Shown here: piece by piece, positions 53,347 through 64,000 of the stretch | Position numbering within the stretch: the stretch's first letter is position 1 | Layout: the number at the start of each line of letters is the position of its first letter | Program-made: the position numbers and the translations under genes | The notes under the pieces: generated by a model | Seen by the model: the letters and a program-made list of their open reading frames with translations, nothing else | The model's database searches: none | Told to the model about the DNA's origin: nothing | Origin: Octopus vulgaris | Taxonomy: Eukaryota | Assembly (NCBI GenBank): GCA_951406725.2 | Contig: OX597816.1 | Span: 144,646,001-144,710,000 of the forward strand | Reading direction: 5' to 3' | DNA length: 64,000 nucleotides

Positions 53347-53947
53347 TGAGTTTTCAGTGTTCTACATAATTTGTTTTCAGTGTTTTATTCATTACAAATT
53401 TACTAACAAGTTATTGTTTTCGTATTTTAAAAGTATCAATCATTTCCACTTGAAATATAAATGCAATAGTTCAAACAATTAAATGATTCCCTGTCATTAT
53501 TTGTATGGATTAGTAACGTTGTAAATATGGACAGGCGCATCTGTTTCAAAGGCAGCTTATTGTTTAAAAAAAAATCTCGTTTGTTCTTATGCAAAGCTAA
53601 GAGCTTAGAATTGAACCATTTTTTATAATTTATAAATTCATCCGAAAATGGATGTTATGTTTTAATTTAAATTCGCCCTGTTTGAAACCTTATCAAATAT
53701 TCTCTCGCTTTCCATTGTTATTTATATACTCTATGTTGCAAACAATTATTTTCATGTAAGAAATGCACATGGAAAGATTGGCTAAGCGTCAAAGTTATAA
53801 CCGAAATGTTCATAGTTCGCACCGTACCGAACGAAAATTAAGACACAGCATTATAAACATTCTAATGATTTAAGTCAGTTAATTGTATGCTGGTGAAAGG
53901 GTGAATGACAGCTATGCAATATTGTGCACAATTGCACACACACACAC

Positions 53948-54010
<63 letters not shown>

Positions 54011-54035
54011 TACTATAAACTGCTAGGTACAATGA

Positions 54036-54605
54036 GATACCATAATGGAAAAATTCAGTCGTCACTAATTGTAATTAGGGGTTCCGACGCACTTGAATTG
54101 CTAGAAATAAGAGTTAGGATACTCTTAATGCTGTATGAAGAGTGCATGCCGACTTGACAATCCCCAAACTAGACGTCTAGTTTCACCTACACTGTTAGCA
54201 TCGTCAGTGAGGACTACTCGAACGGCACATACTTGGCTAATTCCGCTTGTCAACATATATGTATTTTCCATAAAAATTTATGGATGATTTAAAGGAATGC
54301 TGTGTATACAAAAAATTTACATAAACAGATAGTTGCAGTGTGATACCATAAAGGAAAAATTCAGTCGTCACTAAGTGCGACAAAGGGTGTGGACGCACTG
54401 ACATTGCTAGAAATAAGAGTTAGAATACTCTTAAAGGTGTAGGAAGAGCGAAGATGCATACACACATGCTGGCAGGGGAGTTAACCGCCCCATGCTGGCT
54501 CTTAAGTCCCCAGTCTAGACGTCTAGTTTTACATATTCTGTGGACATCATCAGTGAACAGCACATGTTCAACTAATTCCTCCTGTCAGCATATATGTATT
54601 TTCCA
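54036..54605. repeat. Diverged direct duplication (~235-265 bp)
   Basis: gataccata..ggaaaaattcagtcgtcactaa...ctagacgtctagtt...catatatgtattttcca at 54036-54270 and 54342-54605. Confidence 0.8.
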
Positions 54606-55270
54606 CACAGACATGTGTGCGTGTGTGTACGATTGGCTAGTAGCATGTTCACATTTCATTTAAATGAAACATGAATGAAATAATCAACCTTCATGTTCAC
54701 AGTATTACTCTCGTTACCAGCAGTCCAATGAGGGCAACTCATTCAGGTATCTCTTTATTATCACGTTGAGCCAGAAAACATGCTGAAGAAAAAGCAGTTG
54801 GCATGAAGTTTTATGCTCTAAGTCACACCCTGAGTTAGAAGGCACTGTCAGATCCGGAGGCCTCTTCGGTCATTTGGGCAATTTCCTATATTCTTATAAC
54901 AATTTTGATGTCTTATCACAGGGAAAAATGCGTAGGGTCAAGAGAGTAGGTCTAATGATATGCTTTTAACGTGTTCTTATTTTACCAAACGATCCGTGCG
55001 TTAATCTTGCACCAGCTACGTCATTGCCAAACTGGTAGACGAACTAACGTTAAACACAAGTTTATTATGTATAGTGTTATAATTGAATGTATGTGAAGAG
55101 CACAGACACAGCCTAAAAGTCGAGATGAAAAATAAGATGAAATATATAATGATGCAATGCTCAGATAATGCTCCAGTTAAATAATGCTCAACCAGAAGAC
55201 ACTCGTGTATCACTGGTTTTCTTAGTAATTTATTTACTCATCGACAAATGAGTGTGTGGCTACAACTTAC

Positions 55271-55518
55271 CGCAATTCTGTGTTTTGGATACAGACGAAG
55301 TGTAACACCATTTATTTTGATATCAACCAAGCGAGTGTAGGAAACCCTCTTGTAGCCACGATGTTCGTTTTTCACTTCGACATTGAAATTGGATAATCGG
55401 GTTCCATTTATTGTTGATGCAAGTGTATATTTACACGATCCCATGAAATGAATCATCTGACCATCAAATGTCCTATAATGAGGATCACCTACTGCTCGAC
55501 ACTGACATAATGAAGTAA
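55271..55518 (-). CDS. VWD-TIL-PAN protein exon: VWD N-terminal half with GDPH motif (FCGBP/zonadhesin-like)
   Basis: tttgcag acceptor and gtaagt donor, phase 1/0. Translates TSLCQCRAVGDPHYRTFDGQMIHFMGSCKYTLAS...FNVEVKNEHRG...VSYTRLVDI. Upstream exons not identified. Confidence 0.94.
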
Positions 55519-56212
55519 CTGCAAAGACAATTTGACATATGTTGCAAATATAATCGAAATATATTATTGTATGTATTTACACACACACACACACACACAA
55601 ACACACGCGCGCGCACACACACTCACTCACACATACACGCACACACACACACACACGCACGCACGCACGCACGCACAAAAGACACACACAAACAGATAGT
55701 TATAGACATAAATATATATTAATAATATATATGAATGTTTGTTTACATGTTGAATTATAATAGAAATATTTATATTGAACTTAAGGATTGTTCAAACCTT
55801 TTTGAAGAGTACATAGAAGAAAAAACAACAACGTGAGAACGTGGTGCATACAAAATGTTAATAAGCCGCACAAGGAAGGAAAAGGTGTTTTACGTTTTGA
55901 GCAAAGCTCTTCTTCAAAAACAGGAGACAGGAAAGTTCAAGAGAAATTACTAACATCTAGTAGTAAAATAATTTATCATAGCTCTAAAAACTAAAAGATA
56001 GTTCTCGTGTTGTACTAAAGAGTTAAATAGCCGCTAAGATCTATCGAGTTAAGTAAACGGTTAGTGTCTATATTATTCAAGCCATCTCTAAAATTCTGTT
56101 TAGAGATGGTGAGATGCATTAATTTATCTTGCAACGTTTTAGTCACAGATCTCCCGAGGAATTAATATGTAAATAAAGTTACAGTCATATAGTTGATAAA
56201 CATATGATGATG

Positions 56213-56296
<84 letters not shown>

Positions 56297-56299
<3 letters not shown>

Positions 56300-56828
56300 G
56301 CCCTGACGCAGTACCAGGCAGTGGCTCTCATATGGCTTCTGATCTTAACTGACTGGAAGTGTTATCATGTACATTGTTATGTCTTGGTATAAAAGATGGG
56401 CTACAGCAAATATTCTGCTCAATACCACAGATTTGCTTGTCAGTTGTTTGACCTTAACCAGTTGAGCATGTCCCTTAGTGGCTGACGATATGAGCATCTC
56501 TGATCACAAGCAGAAGTAGTGGGGGAGCATCATAGCCATGTGTGGAGAGGGATTCTTTGGGGTTTGAATAATTCACCTTTGGAAACATGGGTGGTTCTTT
56601 CAACATCCTCAAACAACCCTTATTCAGGGACCTTTTGAGCGGGATGGGCTACTCAACCTGCAAGGTCATGTGCTGTTTATCTTGATATGCAATCACCATG
56701 TCGCGCACATATGGTTGTGATGCATGTGCCTGGTGTACCCTTATCAGACGGGTAGTCATGATGGGTATATTGGGCTTCGTATATTTTACCCCAGTGTCAC
56801 TTTGATGGCATGAACTGCTCTCTCACTC
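56297..56828 (+). mobile_element. 3' UTR fragment of the R4/Dong-like family seen at 29930-33094
   Basis: Aligns by eye to 32545-33094. Flanked on both sides by (TAA)n. Confidence 0.85.
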
Positions 56829-56997
56829 AATAATAATAATAATAATGATAATTTAACACACTCACCGGTAAAATTTCCACTTATTATTTTTATTTTCCTA
56901 AAATTTTCGTTGCGTCTTGCAACCTTTTCAATAGTCTGACTCTGTCCATTATTTACACTGCGTTCCTTTTTGTTTCTTTGTGCGCATGTGTGTGGGT

Positions 56998-57041
<44 letters not shown>

Positions 57042-57431
57042 CTATGCATGCATGTACGTATGTGTGTATGTATGTATGCATGTATGTATGTGTATACATG
57101 TGTGTGTATGCATATGTATATATGTATATATGTGTGTGCATCTGTATGTATGTATTCTGCATATTCATGTGCTTGCATGTCCATGTTTGTGTATTGTCCA
57201 TGTATGTGTGTGTGTGTGTGAGCGTGTTTGTATATGTATGCACCTCCGCCTCCTTGTGTGTGTATGTCTGTGTGTGTGTATTTTGCAACTATGTACCATG
57301 TTTGTATGTATAAATGTGCATCTCTATATGCGTGGACCGTGTTTCTATATGTGTCCTTGTGTGGAGTAAAGTGTGTGTGTATATATGGTCATGTGTTAGT
57401 CTCCATTTGCGTATTCAAAAAAATATTTACT

Positions 57432-57462
<31 letters not shown>

Positions 57463-57488
57463 ATACATATTTATATATATATATTTCA

Positions 57489-57533
<45 letters not shown>

Positions 57534-57541
57534 ATATTTCA

Positions 57542-57620
<79 letters not shown>

Positions 57621-57673
57621 AATAACTGTGGTCTTTTTTAAAAACCATTATAGAAATTATTTACTCTTATTAT

Positions 57674-57719
<46 letters not shown>

Positions 57720-57722
57720 CAG

Positions 57723-57757
<35 letters not shown>

Positions 57758-58070
57758 AGTGCCTCTGTTGAACTGGACGGACGTCTTTTTGTTTCTCTCT
57801 CCCAAGTCAGTAGCAAGCTACACAACTTCAAAACTTAACTGACCTTAAATATATATATATATTTGTAACCACGTGTTTGCCTACAAACCCGTAAGTACGT
57901 TTTTATTTAACTACAAATTGTTATATACACTTGTTTTTCTTTTAATATCTTCAAACAACCAAATAATCAAAAACTCACACCCTTAAGAGAGAACATTTAT
58001 ATATATATACACTTCTTTAACTCCCAAGAAAGAATATATATATATATCAAAAATCAAAAGAAAAACAAAC

Positions 58071-59333
58071 ATGACTAACTTGCAGGCCTGCAACAGACGA
58101 AATTGGTCTGATAATGAAATTGATGTTTTAATAAACACTTGGTTCTCTCTTTCCCAAACAGAAAATTTTAATGTTTTATGTTTGAATGAGATTGCCGAAA
58201 AAACATCACAAATAATCAACATACGATCCGTCAAACAGATTCGTAGCAAACTGAAGCATATCGAAGCTTCTTTCAACCTGACAAAAAGCCATTTTGAAAA
58301 ACTTCTTTATATTTTCACTGTTCAAGAACAGCAACAGCTAGAAAATCAACAGCCACAACAACAACAACAACAACAGAATGAGCCACTCCTAGTTCCCAGC
58401 ACAATAGCTGACCCTAACATCGGTCAAGCACAACAACAACAACAACAGCCACAGCAACAAGAACAACAACAGCCACTCCTCAACTCTAGCATACTAGATG
58501 ATTCACTAAATGCCAGTATCTTTTCACCGCTCTCACGGCAACCACCACAATTATCATCATCATCATCACCACTGCTGCCACCATCGTCTTCTATCACCAA
58601 AAATACCAACAAAAAACCATATAAGAAACCACTGCTCTCTTCCCCCACATCACCACCTCAATACTACTGCAGTAACAAAAACTTAAAGAAACATATGAAG
58701 CAGAATGCGCCCCCCACGGCACAAACAAGAAACCCCAAAATATGCCGCTATTCACTGCGCCAGAGACTCTGCACAAATAGTGACTGCATATTCACGCATC
58801 TACCTGGCACTAGACGCACTACCGGCCAAGGCCAAAGCACACATCCCACAATAACATCAACACCACCAAATAGTAAATCGAAATTCAAAACACACACAAC
58901 TCGGAGTCCCAAAATCTGCCGGTAATCCCAACGTGAGAGAATATGTCTGCTGAGTGACTGTCCCTTCACTCATCTTCCAGGGACCCGACGCACAAACAGA
59001 AACGGGGCTTCAAGCCAACACACAAACCTGAATAAAAATAAAAATAAAAACACACCATGCTGCAGTAATGCTGGTCCAGTCTTTTCAGGAAGACACAAAA
59101 ACAACAACAACAAAAGTGGAAACTACAACCCTATCCAACAGTGCAACCACACCTCCAACCAAAAACTGCTCCTAAGCAGGAAAATTCTTTTTAGCCATGT
59201 TGAACATGGCAAAAGAGATACACAAAAATATTCTAGCCATCACTCAACACCATTCTATGCTATTACCCCAGTGCACCAATTCCCCACATTGCTGCTACTA
59301 ACACACACAAAAAATCCAAGCCCCCTGCAATAG
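58071..59333 (+). pseudogene. LINE ORF1: Myb/SANT-like N-terminus, Q/P/S-rich linker, two CCCH zinc fingers (nonsense at 58923-58925)
   Basis: RRNWSDNEIDVLINTW...IAEK...RSVKQIRSKLK; KICRYSLRQRLCTNSDCIFTHLPG and KICR*SQRERICLLSDCPFTHLPG. Confidence 0.75.
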
Positions 59334-62299
59334 TCAAAACCAGCCACTACACTAACCTCCACATTTCTACTCAATGCACAAGGTGTCAGCTCTTCCATCA
59401 ATTCACAAAAATGGAAGGTCCAATTCATTGAAGACTGGGTTGGTAACCATCCACACCACATCCCTTTCTTCATTCTCACTGAGACCCACCTTGACAACTC
59501 CCACTTGGAAGCCGAAGTGAGAGTGAAGAATTTCACAACCATCCGCGCGGATCGTATCGGCAGAAGGAAGGGTGGAACTGCCATTTTCCTGCATGATTCG
59601 TTTACGGCAGATGGAAATAGTATATTCTCCAACGGCTACTGTAAATCAGTCACCGTGCACAACAAAGCCAATGACCTGACAGTAATTGGGCTCTATAGGC
59701 TGCCCCAAACACCCATACTGTGCTTTAAAGAATGCCTCAACAGCATTAAGTGCTTTATTCAACAGTGCCATTCTAGCAACCTACTCATGATGGGAGACTT
59801 CAATCTACCCTGTGTTGACTGGACTACAAACTGTTTGAAACCAAGCACTCCCGCCTCAACCGCTGACAAAGAAGCAGCAGAGTCACTTTTCGACTTTACG
59901 AATGAGTTTTTCTTGTCCCAACTTGTCCTTGCACCAACAAGACATCAGAAGAACATTTTGGACCTAGTGTTTAGTAACCACACTAACACTATACATAACG
60001 TTACAGTGGAAAAAACCCTTCTTTCAGACCATGACATGGTTCTCTGTAACATGAAATTCCACCAGCCGAAAGCTAATCCTAGTGACCTCCCTCCAGCCCA
60101 CCCATTTGACAACATGGATCTCCATAATGCCAACTGGGATGCAATCAGGAACGAGCTATCACATGTTGACTGGTCCTTTACACATACACACATCTCCACC
60201 AACCATAAAACATCTTGGCAGATCTTTGTAGACACCGTCACAGACATATGTGCAAAACACTCCCCACCAAGACCTGTGAACAAAAAGTGCAGAATCCCCC
60301 AAAACAGAAAAACCATTATCAGAAAAATAAAAAGAACAAACAAAAAAATTAACAAACTAAAGTACTGCCAACAGCAACACACACATTCGACGGCTATCGC
60401 ACTGCTTGAATCCAAAAAATATAACCTCCAACAATGCATGAAGACCCTCATCAATAACCAAAGATCAGCTGAGGAGAAGTGGGCCATTGAAAAAATCAAA
60501 CTCAACCCCAAAGTGTTATTTTCATTTGCGAAGAAACGCAGGGTCACTGTCTCCATTGTTGGCCCTCTAATTGATGAAACTGGCACTCTCCAAGATAATG
60601 CCAAATCCATGGCCGAGATACTGCAGAAACAATACTGCTCTGTTTTCAGCAATCCTGATATGGCCGATCTGGGCTGTATCAGTGATGTCAACCCCCAACA
60701 CACTATATCGGACATAACGTTTAGTGCCTCTGATGTCTTAGCGGCGATAAACGAAATAAAACACAATTCAGCAGTAGGCCCCGATAGGTTCCCTGCTCGT
60801 GTCCTGAAGGTGTGTCGACACCAACTTGCATCTCCCCTTGCTAATCTGTGGAGAAACTCACTGGATGCTGGCTATATTCCAAAAAAACCTTCTGTCCCAG
60901 TCTGTTGTCCCAGTTTTCAAAAAGGGAAACAAGTCCCTTGCAGTGAACTACCGTCCGATCTCACTCACCTCTCATATCATCAAGGTATTTGAGAGGGTGG
61001 TGAGATCTCGAATAACCCAATTTCTGGAAAGCAACAGACGGCTGATCTCTAACCAACATGGGTTCCGTAATGGAAGGGACTGCCTAACGCAGCTCCTGCA
61101 TCACTTTGATGACATTTTGAGAGCTTTGGGAGAGGGCTCCAACACCGATGTCATCTACCTTGATTTCAGTAAGGCCTTCGACAGGGTCGATCACAAGATC
61201 CTATTGAAAAAACTATCCAACATTGGTGTCTCTGGAAAGTTACTGAAGTGGATCAAGTGTTTCCTGACAGACAGATCTCAACATGTTGTAGTTGAAGGGG
61301 TAAAATCAAGCCCAGCCAAAGTCAGTAGTGGCGTTCCGCAAGGCACTGTGCTGGGCCCACTTCTTTTCATCATCTACATTAATGACATCAATGACATCAT
61401 CAAGCACAGCAACATAAAAATCTTTGCAGATGATTCCAAGCTACAGAAGGTCATAAATGAGGCGAGTGACCGGACATGCCTTCAGTCAGATCTACTGGCT
61501 GTTATCCAATGGGCAGAAAAAAACAATATGCTGCTGAACGAGGATAAATTTGAGTTAATCCACTTTGGAAAAGAGGATGCCCTGAAACTCCCATACTCCC
61601 TTCCTTCAGGTGAAACTCTCGCGGCGTCCAACAACATCAGAGACTTGGGAGTAATTGTGAACAACAACATAAGCTGGGCCACTCATATAAACACCAAAGT
61701 TGACATGGCCCGCAGAATGTGTTCCTGGATTCTCAGAACTTTCCAGTCGAGAGATATCCACACCATTATCCTTCTCTTCTCCACTTTTGCCCGACCCCAC
61801 CTTGAATACTGTTGTCCACTGTGGTCTCCCCACACAATACAAAGTATCATAAAAGTTGAAGCACCTCAAAGGGCAATCACAAAAAAGATAGATGGCATGA
61901 CAGGCCTCGACTATTGGGGTCGACTAGAAAAGCTAAAACTTTATTCTCTCCAACGTCGTCGTGAGCGCTACATCATCTGCATGATGTGGAAAATATTCCA
62001 TCAGCATTGCCCAAATGATGTTGGTTGTACATCCAAGGCTTGGGCCCCGTGCCATCCGCCCAAAACAAAAATCGCACTCTCATCTCATAACAACAATACG
62101 GCACAATTATTTCACCTCAATTGGCCCCGCTCTCTTTAACATTACACCAAAACACATTAAAACAGAAACTGACCCTATAGGGTTCAAGAAGTCTTTGGAC
62201 AGATTCCTTCAAGAAATCCCAGATAAACCCCCTACACCCGGATATGTCTCTGTAAACAATAACTCTCTACTTGAGTGGGCCATAGTGCCCAAATTCTGA
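59334..62299 (+). pseudogene. LINE ORF2 (APE endonuclease + reverse transcriptase), frameshifted near 60885 and 62025
   Basis: Three overlapping ORF-track segments (59505-60992, 60826-62139, 62015-62299) join into one APE-RT protein. Confidence 0.9.
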
Positions 62300-62619
62300 C
62301 TTGAAAGACTTCACCAGGTGGTGCTATTAAGTTAGACATGGCCTGGGCCAATAATGGCCGAAACCTATCAAAGTATCAAAGTATATATATATCATCAATG
62401 TTTTGTTTGATCATATGCTTAACAATAGTCTCGCTGTCAATACAGACCCCATGGTTAAACTAGGATTCTCAGCCGCCACAGATTAACATCTTAATTTCAA
62501 CCTCTATCTCTATGAGATGACTAGCCTAACCTAGCCACCGCCAGGTAGTATTTACTATATAAAAAATATGTTGATCACTATTATGTGATTAGAAGTATTT
62601 CATATTACAATACGGATAT

Positions 62620-63720
62620 ATTTTTCAAACAGCTGTACATAACACAACACAATGTAGTCATATGCAATACATATCGCCTACCAGGTGATCCAAACCACAT
62701 AGGCAAGTTTGAAGATTGCCTCATAAGAATTAAAGAAATCCTCATGAAACTGGAACACCACATGAGCGTATTTCTTATGGGTGATTTCAACTTCCCCAAT
62801 GTCAAATGGCCCGAAGGCCTCATACTCTCGGGAATGACTCATTACAAACAAGCATATTTTGGCACGTGTACTTCTGCATCCTCTTTATCAGAGCTTAGAT
62901 GAGTTTCCACGAGTGCTATGCATAAGGCTTGATAGCATGCAGCAAAGACTCTCAGGAAAAAAAATTTGCTTTTGTTGTGATGATGCAACAGGCTCCCGAT
63001 ATTTAGTAAAAATATTGGCGTGACGACTGTGCAGGCGTTAGAGGAGGTCATCCTGTGTTTGTTGATTGTGGTGGTCTTGCGCAGTGCTGGGCATCGTTCC
63101 TCGTTTGCGCTTGATATAACCAGGTCTGTTTCTGCACAATCTTTTGTGTCAAGTACAAAAGAGACTCATGCTCAGCTTCTGCATTGCATATAGCATATAA
63201 AGAAAGCACTACTTTTGCACATTTTTTCTTTGGAGACGATTGGTGCTCATCCTCAGAGAAGTATTTCTCCTTAAGGTCCCTGTAGTTTTAGTGTTTATCT
63301 CGGTTGAGCAAACCGGCAGTTTGTACATCTTACCTATGCCAGCGTTTGCCTTAAACTTTTGCAGGTCATCGTACCTCTTTGCTCTTCAGTTGTGATGGGA
63401 GCTGGATATGTGTCATTGTTTCCCTTTGTTCTAGGTTTCTCGGTTTTGTCTTCTGTTGGGTCCTGGATGTTTTCTTCATCCTTTTGGCCTTCCCTGGTGC
63501 CGTCACCTCCTAGGATGATGTCCAGAGTGTCTATGTGTTGCCTGATTAGAGCGTATGGACGGAGACATTCTCGTTTCTTTCGCTCTATCTGGGCGGTGGT
63601 CCTTGAAAAATCATTGCTCTTCAGCGCCGCTGCAATGATATTGTTCGGCGAGTCGCCCTCGGCAATCTTCCAGGCGCGGATGAACAATTGCAACTCCCTC
63701 GCAGACCAGTTTCTTGACAT
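62620..63720 (-). mobile_element. Second LINE family remnant: Myb/SANT-like ORF1 + APE N-terminus (minus), with an inverted APE piece on plus (62620-62845)
   Basis: MSRNWSARELQLFIRAW...IIAAALK..FSRTTAQIERK; FLLNIGSL...IALVETHL (minus); ICNTYRLP...FLMGDFNFPNVKW (plus). Confidence 0.75.
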
Positions 63721-64000
63721 TTTGACATTTTCGCCCGAGATACAGGGAGAGTGAAATATCGGAACAGAGAGAGAAGGAAAGATAAGATGGTTGACCTGAG
63801 AGGGAGAGGAGAAAGGAGAAAAGCCAGAGGGGGATAAAGAGAGAGACGAGGGGATTGTCCTGAGAGAAGAGAGAAAGAATGGCAGGTCAGCAGGGGAGAG
63901 TGAGCGGGATAGAGGTGTAGTAGAGAGAAAGTAAAGAGACAGGGAGGAAAAGAGAGACTAGGGGATAGACCTTAGGGGGAGCAGGGAGAAAAAAGGTGGA

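Larger units (their letters stand above)
57755..62383 (+). mobile_element. Near full-length CR1/L2-group (APE-RT) LINE inserted next to (TA)n
   Basis: 5' UTR, ORF1 from 58071, ORF2 APE (LLNAQG, TETHL, GGTAIF, MGDFN, LDLVF, SDH) and RT (NYRPISL, YLDFSKAFD, GVPQGTVLGP, FADD, YSLQRRRERY). 3' tail (ATCAAAGT)2. Confidence 0.93.

Noticed and set aside
59945-60766. 273-aa antisense ORF
   Set aside because: Shadow of LINE ORF2 on the opposite strand; no independent motif.

Overview
AT-rich, microsatellite-dense eukaryotic (animal) genomic DNA. The repeat complement looks octopus/cephalopod-like (inference, not verified). It carries two convergent, intron-rich genes whose 5' ends are not identified in the window. 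(1) A + strand S1 (trypsin/chymotrypsin-fold) serine protease, 4 exons at 1291-13695, with an intact His/Asp/Ser triad but atypical activation site (N|IRYG), Val at Gly193 and Pro at 189. (2) A - strand secreted-type protein, 9 exons at 55518->29002, with architecture VWD(GDPH)-C8-TIL(6-Cys)-TILa/EGF-like-microexon-PAN-PAN. The rest is transposon-derived: mariner remnants, a non-autonomous Gypsy-like LTR element, RTE, Tx1/L1 and R4/Dong-like LINEs, and tRNA-SINEs. There is also a near full-length CR1/L2-group LINE whose ORF1 has a Myb/SANT-like domain plus CCCH fingers, and a second LINE family with the same ORF1 N-terminus. A recurring set of Penelope-like element (PLE) 3' ends forms head-to-head fold-backs (including a 1.9-kb near-perfect palindrome) that carry minimal hammerhead-ribozyme motifs. 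All calls are by eye from sequence motifs; no database searches were run.
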